Below are positions 41,528-47,749 of a stretch of DNA of 47,749 nucleotides, piece by piece. How positions within the stretch are numbered: the first letter of the stretch is position 1; each line of letters starts with the position of its first letter. The notes beneath the pieces are model-generated. The model was not told the DNA's origin and made no database searches. It saw only the letters and a program-made list of their open reading frames with translations. Both the position numbers and the translations under genes were made by a program. The DNA comes from Candidatus Firestoneibacteriota bacterium (lineage in GTDB: Bacteria > Oederibacteriota > D2-FULL-39-29 > JBDRBU01): contig JBDRBU010000087.1 of the NCBI GenBank assembly GCA_043822305.1, forward strand, positions 1 to 47,749. Reading direction: 5' to 3'.

Positions 41528-44331
41528 TGCCTAAGAAAGTGCGTTCACAAAAACCAATAATTGAACTTGAACAAAAATTGCCGGAAATTTCAGATAGAAA
41601 TGCATATGCTCCGCCAAAAAAACATTTGGTAAAGGACGGGAAGGGCGGATATAAAGTAGAAAATTATCGAAGGCCTAGCAGAACTCTTTTACCTAATCAA
41701 ATAAGGCAAGAAGTTGATAAATGGAGAGATAGCGGTTATAAAAATCCTGTCGGAATATCAGACACATCTTTAAAACTACTTGAATGGTGGTTTGATGAAA
41801 TTCATCAATTCGAAAGTGGTGAAGAATTTCAATATTATTTTACACAAAGAGAGGCGATTGAAACTATAATTTATTTGTATGAAGTATTAAGTCTTCGAGA
41901 TGTTGCTGAACTTGTTTTTAAATATATGGATCCCAAATTGTATAGTGACGACCTATTTGCCGAGAGGAAAAAAGTGCAGGAAGATATAAGAGAGAAAAGA
42001 ATATTATCAAGAGTAGTTCCGGAAACAAATCAAGTCGCACAACAAGAAATACCACAACCCGATCATTGTAGATATGCAATAAAAATGGCAACAGGATCCG
42101 GTAAAACACTAGTAATGGCTATGGCTATAGTATGGTCATATTATCATAAAAAATATGAAAGAGATTCTTCCTTAAGCAAAACTATATTAATTATGGCTCC
42201 GAATATAATTGTTTTCGAAAGATTAAGAGAAGATTTTGAAAATTGCGAAGTATTTAGAAAATGGGATTTAATTCCAAATGAATTTGAACATGAATGGCAA
42301 ATGACTGCAATAATGAGGGGCGAATCAAGAAAAACATCAACTGATGGGACAATATATTTAACAAACATTCAGCAATTATATGAGAGTAGGACTAGTGAAG
42401 ATGAAATTGAAAATCCTGTAGAAAAATTGATGGGACGTAAACCAAGTGATTCTATTGACACCTTAGAACAGGACATTTTAAGCAGAATAAAAAATCATAA
42501 GGATTTATTAATTATTAATGACGAAGCTCACCATGTTCATGATACTGATTTGGAATGGTATAAGGTTATTCTGAATTTACATAAAAACTTAAAGAAAAAA
42601 CATAATAGTAAATTGTCATTGCATCTTGACTTTTCGGCAACACCGAAAGATCAAAATGGAACATTTTTTTCATGGATTATTTGTGATTACCCTTTAGCAC
42701 AAGCAATAGAAGATAGAATAGTAAAATCTCCGCTTATAGTCCATCAAACTGATAAATCAGATCCTGAAAAATATTCCAGAGCAAGTGTTGCTTATGCAGA
42801 ATGGATAAATGTTGCAATAGATAGATGGACAGAACACTACCGTGAATATAAAAAAGTAGGATCAAAACCTGTCCTTTTTATTATGGCAGAAAACACAAAA
42901 GATGCAGATGATATTTATGAATCCTTGAAAAAGAAAGATGAGTTTAGAGGAAAAGATGATGTTTTGCTGATACATACTGATAAAAGAGGAGATATTAAAA
43001 AAGATGATTTGGAAAAAGCTAGAGAAGCAGCAAGGTCTATTGATTTACCGAATAATAAAATCAAGGTTATTGTTAGTGTTATGATGTTAAGAGAAGGTTG
43101 GGATGTAAAAAGTGTCTCAGTCATTTTAGGATTAAGACCGTTTACTTCAAAAGCAAAAATACTTCCTGAACAAGCTATTGGCAGAGGGCTAAGATTAATG
43201 AAAAATATTGGCCCGGATTATGTGCAAATAGTTGAAATAATTGGAACTAATGGATTTGAAAGTTTCGTAAAGGAATTAGAAGTGGAAGGAGTAGGAGTTG
43301 GGATTACTAGGACACCACCACCTTTAGGTATTCATATATATCCAGCTAAGTTAAAATCTAAATATGATATTGAAATACCAATACTAAATCCAAAATATGG
43401 CAGAGATTATAAGGGTTTAGATAATTCTGTATTAGAAGGTTTACCAAAAAATCCAAGAAATATAAATTTTGATGAAAAAGAAAGAAATAGTATAAGACTT
43501 GTAGAAACAGTTACGCAAGTTGTATTAGGACAAAGAAATATACAGATTAGTACAGGTTTACCCGAAGCAAATGAAATAATAAGTCATCTAACAAATCGTA
43601 TTAGTAAGGAAGTAAGAATAGACAGTATGTTCTCTCTTTTTTATCCAATTGTAAAAAAATATGTGCAGAGTATTTTCTTTGGTTTCGATGTGGATATTAA
43701 TAATGAAAAAATAAGAAGGCAATTAACAAAATCAGAAAATACTACTGAAATCATTACTACTCTTTCAAAAGCGATTGGTAAGAAAAGTATTTTAAAATTA
43801 GTTGCAAAGAAAAGCCAGGATCCATTACATTTGATTGAAATAGAAGGTTTTTACTGGAGACGTGACTGGGTAGAATTAGAAAAAACAATTTTTAATGTTA
43901 CCCCTTGTTTTAATAATTTAGAACGACATTTTGCTACTTTTTTAGATAATGCAAAAGATATCAATAAATTTGCCAAACTTGCTGAAAGCTATACTAAATT
44001 TTCTTTACCTTATACAAACAAAAAAGGCGCTATAGCCTTATATTATCCTGATTTTGTTGCAGAGCAAGAAGTAAGATCAAAAGAAACAAAAATGTGGTTA
44101 ATAGAAACTAAAGGGAAGGAAGACGAAGATGTTAAAAATAAGGACGATGCATCTATGGAATGGTGTAAGGATGTTACAGAAATTACTGGTGTTAAATGGG
44201 AATTTCTGAAAGTAAAATATGATGATTACATAAAATTATCTGCTTCTTATTCAAGAATGCCAGCAAAAACACTTAGCGAATTTCTAATAATGCTTAATGA
44301 AATTCGACAAAAATCACAAATGAATATTTAA
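41527..44331 (+). CDS. Type III-like restriction subunit (SF2 helicase + PD-(D/E)XK nuclease)
   Basis: MATGSGKT, NDEAHH, SATP, LREGWD, QAIGRGLR, YYPDF...IETKG; TAATG coupling to mod. Confidence 0.88.
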   Translation: MPKKVRSQKPIIELEQKLPEISDRNAYAPPKKHLVKDGKGGYKVENYRRPSRTLLPNQIRQEVDKWRDSGYKNPVGISDTSLKLLEWWFDEIHQFESGEEFQYYFTQREAIETIIYLYEVLSLRDVAELVFKYMDPKLYSDDLFAERKKVQEDIREKRILSRVVPETNQVAQQEIPQPDHCRYAIKMATGSGKTLVMAMAIVWSYYHKKYERDSSLSKTILIMAPNIIVFERLREDFENCEVFRKWDLIPNEFEHEWQMTAIMRGESRKTSTDGTIYLTNIQQLYESRTSEDEIENPVEKLMGRKPSDSIDTLEQDILSRIKNHKDLLIINDEAHHVHDTDLEWYKVILNLHKNLKKKHNSKLSLHLDFSATPKDQNGTFFSWIICDYPLAQAIEDRIVKSPLIVHQTDKSDPEKYSRASVAYAEWINVAIDRWTEHYREYKKVGSKPVLFIMAENTKDADDIYESLKKKDEFRGKDDVLLIHTDKRGDIKKDDLEKAREAARSIDLPNNKIKVIVSVMMLREGWDVKSVSVILGLRPFTSKAKILPEQAIGRGLRLMKNIGPDYVQIVEIIGTNGFESFVKELEVEGVGVGITRTPPPLGIHIYPAKLKSKYDIEIPILNPKYGRDYKGLDNSVLEGLPKNPRNINFDEKERNSIRLVETVTQVVLGQRNIQISTGLPEANEIISHLTNRISKEVRIDSMFSLFYPIVKKYVQSIFFGFDVDINNEKIRRQLTKSENTTEIITTLSKAIGKKSILKLVAKKSQDPLHLIEIEGFYWRRDWVELEKTIFNVTPCFNNLERHFATFLDNAKDINKFAKLAESYTKFSLPYTNKKGAIALYYPDFVAEQEVRSKETKMWLIETKGKEDEDVKNKDDASMEWCKDVTEITGVKWEFLKVKYDDYIKLSASYSRMPAKTLSEFLIMLNEIRQKSQMNI

Positions 44332-44373
44332 TGTTTTACGAAAATTACGATAGAAGACAATAGAGAGAAAAAA

Positions 44374-45228
44374 ATGAAAGAAAGAAGTTTTAAAATAAGG
44401 GAAATAATATGGGCAAGATTAAGGAAGAATAAATTTGCAATATTTGGATTGATAGTTATTGCTTTATTAGGGATTGTGGCAATAATTGCACCAATAATTT
44501 CTCCTTATAGTCCTACTGAGCAGAGATTAGTAGAAAGATTACAAACACCTTCTTTAAAGCATTTTTGTGGAACGGATGAATTAGGTAGAGATGTTTTTTC
44601 TCGCATGCTTTATGGAAGCAGGATTTCTTTATCAGTAGGACTGCTTGCTGTTTTTATGGCTACTACTATTGGAATAATAATTGGTTCAATTTCCGGATAT
44701 TTTGGTGGGATTATTGATAATCTGCTTATGCGATTTGTGGATATAATGCTTAGCATCCCGACATTATTTTTAATATTAATGCTTATAGTATTTTTAGGCC
44801 CAAGTATTTTTAATGTTATGTTAGTTATAGGACTTACTGGTTGGACAGATTTATCGAGATTAGTCAGGGCAGAATTTTTAAGTTTAAAAAGCAGAGAATA
44901 TGTATTAGCCGCAAAGGCAGGTGGTGCAGGTCATTTTAGAATTATTTTTAAGCATATTTTACCAAATGCATTATCTCCTGTATTTGTATCAGTAATATTT
45001 GGAGTTGCCGGGGCTATACTCCTTGAGTCTGGATTAAGTTTTCTGGGACTCGGGGTACAACCGCCAACCCCAAGTTGGGGAAACATTTTAACTTCTGGAA
45101 AAGATTATATTGAATCTGCATGGTGGTTAACTGCTTTCCCGGGACTTTCAATATTTATTACAGTCCTCTCATACAATTTGCTTGGAGAAGGATTAAGAGA
45201 CGCCTTAGATCCGAGGTTAATAGAATAA
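44374..45228 (+). CDS. oppC: Oligopeptide/dipeptide ABC permease, C subunit
   Basis: GTDELGRD, GSRISL, EYV.AA...GA, LSFLGLG, SWG, GLRDALDP. Confidence 0.9.
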   Translation: MKERSFKIREIIWARLRKNKFAIFGLIVIALLGIVAIIAPIISPYSPTEQRLVERLQTPSLKHFCGTDELGRDVFSRMLYGSRISLSVGLLAVFMATTIGIIIGSISGYFGGIIDNLLMRFVDIMLSIPTLFLILMLIVFLGPSIFNVMLVIGLTGWTDLSRLVRAEFLSLKSREYVLAAKAGGAGHFRIIFKHILPNALSPVFVSVIFGVAGAILLESGLSFLGLGVQPPTPSWGNILTSGKDYIESAWWLTAFPGLSIFITVLSYNLLGEGLRDALDPRLIE

Positions 45229-46205
45229 TGAATTTATTAGAGATAAAAAACTTACATACATATTTTTATACTTTAGGTGGAGTAGTTAAAGCAGTAGACG
45301 GGATTAACTTAAAAATTAATTCTTCTGAAACATTAAGTTTAGTCGGTGAATCTGGTTCGGGTAAGACGCTTACGGCATTATCTATCATACGATTAGTTCC
45401 AGCCCCTGGCAAGATAGTAAAAGGAGAAATATTTTTCCAAAAAAATGGAGAAGTCTGCGAAAATTTGTTTAGTCTTGATGAAGAAAAGATGAGAGAAATA
45501 AGAGGCGGAAAGGTCTCAATGATTTTTCAAGAGCCATTCAGCTCTCTTAATCCGGTATTTTCTATTGGATATCAAATAAAAGAGGTAGTAAAATTGCATT
45601 TAAAATTAAAAGGTAATGAAATATTAAATAAAGTTAAGGAATCTTTGGATTTGGTTGGAATTCCTGATGTAGATAGAATCCTTAAATCATATCCTCATGA
45701 GTTAAGCGGAGGCATGAGACAAAGGGTTATGATCGCTATGGCCCTTGTTTCTAATCCAAAATTACTTATAGCCGATGAACCAACAACGGCTTTAGATGTT
45801 ACAATTCAAGCACAGATATTAGAACTGATTTCAGATGTTCAATCAAAACTTAAATTAAGCGTATTGCTTATCACCCATGATTTGGGTATTGTCAGAGAAG
45901 TTTCTGATAAAGTAGCCATAATGTATGCTGGCAAGATAATGGAGAATGGGACGAAAGAAGATATATTTAAAAATCCTTTACATCCATATACAATAGGGCT
46001 TTTAAAGTCAGTTCCAGACATTAATAGGGTTGAGAAGAGACTTTATACTATTAAAGGGAGTATTCCTAATCCACTGGAGTTTCCAGATGGTTGTAGATTT
46101 AATCCAAGATGTCCAAATGTAATGGATATATGCAAGGTTAAAGAGCCAATAGAAACAAAAACTTCAGGTGAACATTCGGCATGGTGTTTTAAATATGGAA
46201 AATAA
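45228..46205 (+). CDS. oppD: Oligopeptide ABC ATPase D (start 45228, TAATG overlap)
   Basis: GESGSGKT, YPHELSGGMRQR, ADEPTTALD, HPYT, GCRF.PRC. Confidence 0.88.
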   Translation: MNLLEIKNLHTYFYTLGGVVKAVDGINLKINSSETLSLVGESGSGKTLTALSIIRLVPAPGKIVKGEIFFQKNGEVCENLFSLDEEKMREIRGGKVSMIFQEPFSSLNPVFSIGYQIKEVVKLHLKLKGNEILNKVKESLDLVGIPDVDRILKSYPHELSGGMRQRVMIAMALVSNPKLLIADEPTTALDVTIQAQILELISDVQSKLKLSVLLITHDLGIVREVSDKVAIMYAGKIMENGTKEDIFKNPLHPYTIGLLKSVPDINRVEKRLYTIKGSIPNPLEFPDGCRFNPRCPNVMDICKVKEPIETKTSGEHSAWCFKYGK

Positions 46206-47139
46206 TAGTCTAATAAGAGTTAATAATATTTATAAAAGTTTTAAAATTACAAAAGGTGTTTTTGAGGATAAAAGATTAGTTTATGCTGTAAATGGAGTAA
46301 GTTTTGATATAAAACAGGGTGAGACATTAGGATTAGTTGGAGAAAGCGGATGTGGAAAAAGCACAATAGGGAAAATGATAATAAATTTAATTCCATTGGA
46401 TAAAGGAGAAGTGTGGTTTGGTCATGAAAAAATATCTCATCTACATCATAAAGAATTAAGATTATTAAGATTTAATATGCAAATAATATTTCAGGATCCT
46501 TTTGCTTCATTAAATCCTAGAATAAGAGTTGGAAATGCTGTAGGGGAAATTTTGAAAATATATAAGCAGGACAATATAGAACAAAAAGTAAAACACATAT
46601 TAGAAATTGTTGGACTTTCTAAGGATTCATATTATAAATATCCTCATGAATTTTCAGGTGGGCAGAGGCAAAGAATTTGTATAGCCAGAGCATTAATTTC
46701 AAATCCGAAGTTTGTTGTTTGTGATGAACCTGTTTCTTCTTTAGATGTTTCTATACAATCTCAGATAATAAATCTCTTAAAAGATTTAAAAGAAGAATTT
46801 AAATTAACATATTTGTTTATATCGCATGACTTAAGAGTAATAAGAAACATAAGTGATAGAATTGCCGTGATGTATCTGGGTAAGATAGTTGAATTAGGAA
46901 ATGTAGATTCTATATGTGAGAGTTCTTTGCATCCATATACACAAGCACTAATTTCTGCTGTTCCTGGTTATGAGAAAAAAAGAATTATTTTAAAAGGCGA
47001 AATCCCATCTCCAACACAACTCCCCACTGGTTGTTATTTTTACAGTAGATGTTATAAAAAATTTGATAAATGCAAAGAAAAACAACTTGATTTAATAGAA
47101 GTAAACCCAGCACATTTTGTAGCATGTTGTAATTACTAA
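46195..47139 (+). CDS. oppF: Oligopeptide ABC ATPase F
   Basis: GESGCGKST, YPHEFSGGQRQR, DEPVSSLD, HPYT. Confidence 0.88.
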   Translation: MENNSLIRVNNIYKSFKITKGVFEDKRLVYAVNGVSFDIKQGETLGLVGESGCGKSTIGKMIINLIPLDKGEVWFGHEKISHLHHKELRLLRFNMQIIFQDPFASLNPRIRVGNAVGEILKIYKQDNIEQKVKHILEIVGLSKDSYYKYPHEFSGGQRQRICIARALISNPKFVVCDEPVSSLDVSIQSQIINLLKDLKEEFKLTYLFISHDLRVIRNISDRIAVMYLGKIVELGNVDSICESSLHPYTQALISAVPGYEKKRIILKGEIPSPTQLPTGCYFYSRCYKKFDKCKEKQLDLIEVNPAHFVACCNY

Positions 47140-47161
47140 AAAGGGGTCAGAGTCATTTTTT
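47138..47161 (+). repeat. AAAAAGGGGTCAGAGTCATTTTT repeat copy
   Basis: Same 17-mer as 617-633; abuts the oppF stop. Confidence 0.75.
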
Positions 47162-47257
47162 GTGTCAATGTAATTAGAGTTTTTCAGCACCCTGATTGTA
47201 TTTTTCTTTAAAAAAAGCAGTAATAATGATACAATTAATTTGTAAAAGGAGATTAAA

Positions 47258-47611
47258 ATGGATGGAAGTTCGGAGAATATTAAACAAAAAAAGTTAAATA
47301 AATTGAAACAGTATTTCCCTGAGGTGTTTACAGAAGAAAAGGTAGATGTTGAGAAACTCAAACTCACATTAGGTGAAGATATAAACATTCAGGATGAACG
47401 GTATGTCTTAAACTGGGCTGGAAAGTCTGAATCTTTTAAAGTTCTGCAAACCTCTACAACGGCAACACTTGCCCCGACACCACAAGAATCCATAGATTTT
47501 GAAAAGACGCAGAATGTATTTATAGAAGGTGAGAATCTTGAAGTTCTGAAAGTCCTTCAAAAATCCTATTACGGCAAAATCAAAATGATATACATTGATC
47601 CGCCATATAAT
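47258..47611 (+). pseudogene. Type III Mod methyltransferase, N-terminal part interrupted after DPPYN
   Basis: FPEVFTE, ERY.LNWAGK, FIEGENLEVLK.LQKSY.GKIKMIYIDPPYN, then an unrelated 10-aa tail. Confidence 0.85.
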
Positions 47612-47749
47612 CAGGCTGTTGAAATAGTCAAAATACTGTCTTGATAATAAGACTAAAATTTGGTATATTAAAATATAATTTATTAAAAATCAGGAGGGAA
47701 AAATAAATGGCACAATTTAGAATACCAAATCGTGACCAACTTATTATGT
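47612..47749 (+). mobile_element. Left end of probable IS1182-family element
   Basis: CAGGCTGTTGAAATAGTC starts where mod homology ends; AGGAGG then ATG 47707 MAQFRIPNRDQLIM.. resembles IS1182 transposase N-termini. Confidence 0.6.

Noticed and set aside
45120..45227. Long N-terminal extension of OppD in the ORF track (and 46168 for OppF)
   Set aside because: It overlaps the upstream gene; coupled starts at 45228 and 46195 match the family N-termini.

Overview
AT-rich bacterial chromosomal segment from a diderm organism (LptD and an outer-membrane beta-barrel are encoded), with almost all genes on the + strand. It is bounded by IS fragments at both ends: the 3' end of an IS200/IS605-type tnpA that truncates a GH20 gene, and the 5' end of a probable IS1182-family element that truncates a type III mod gene. 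The backbone is housekeeping: leuB, hisG, ribF, purF, purM, ilvC-psd-pssA-leuA, leuC, moaC/mog, eno, lpdA, thrS, accD, a sugar ABC ATPase, a ROK kinase, lptD, oppBCDF, tRNA-Val(CAC) and tRNA-Gln(CTG). Accessory elements are an ~8.4 kb four-gene candidate defence island (UvrD-PD-(D/E)XK nuclease, RadC, type III-like Mod and Res) splitting oppB from oppC, a hicBA pair with a decayed PIN-type TA, a yhcG/DUF1016 nuclease splitting moaC from mog, an internally deleted TolC/MacB efflux operon, and a two-gene envelope cassette flanked by perfect 26-bp direct repeats. The main non-coding signal is a dense set of short GC-rich palindromic repeats (GGGGTC/GGGAC type and GTAG-REP type). They sit just after stop codons, at edges of accessory DNA, nested in one another, and in frame inside eno, ribF and accD. 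An orphan type I-C CRISPR-repeat-like sequence is read in frame inside lpdA. Protein calls rest on motif recognition only; no database searches were run.
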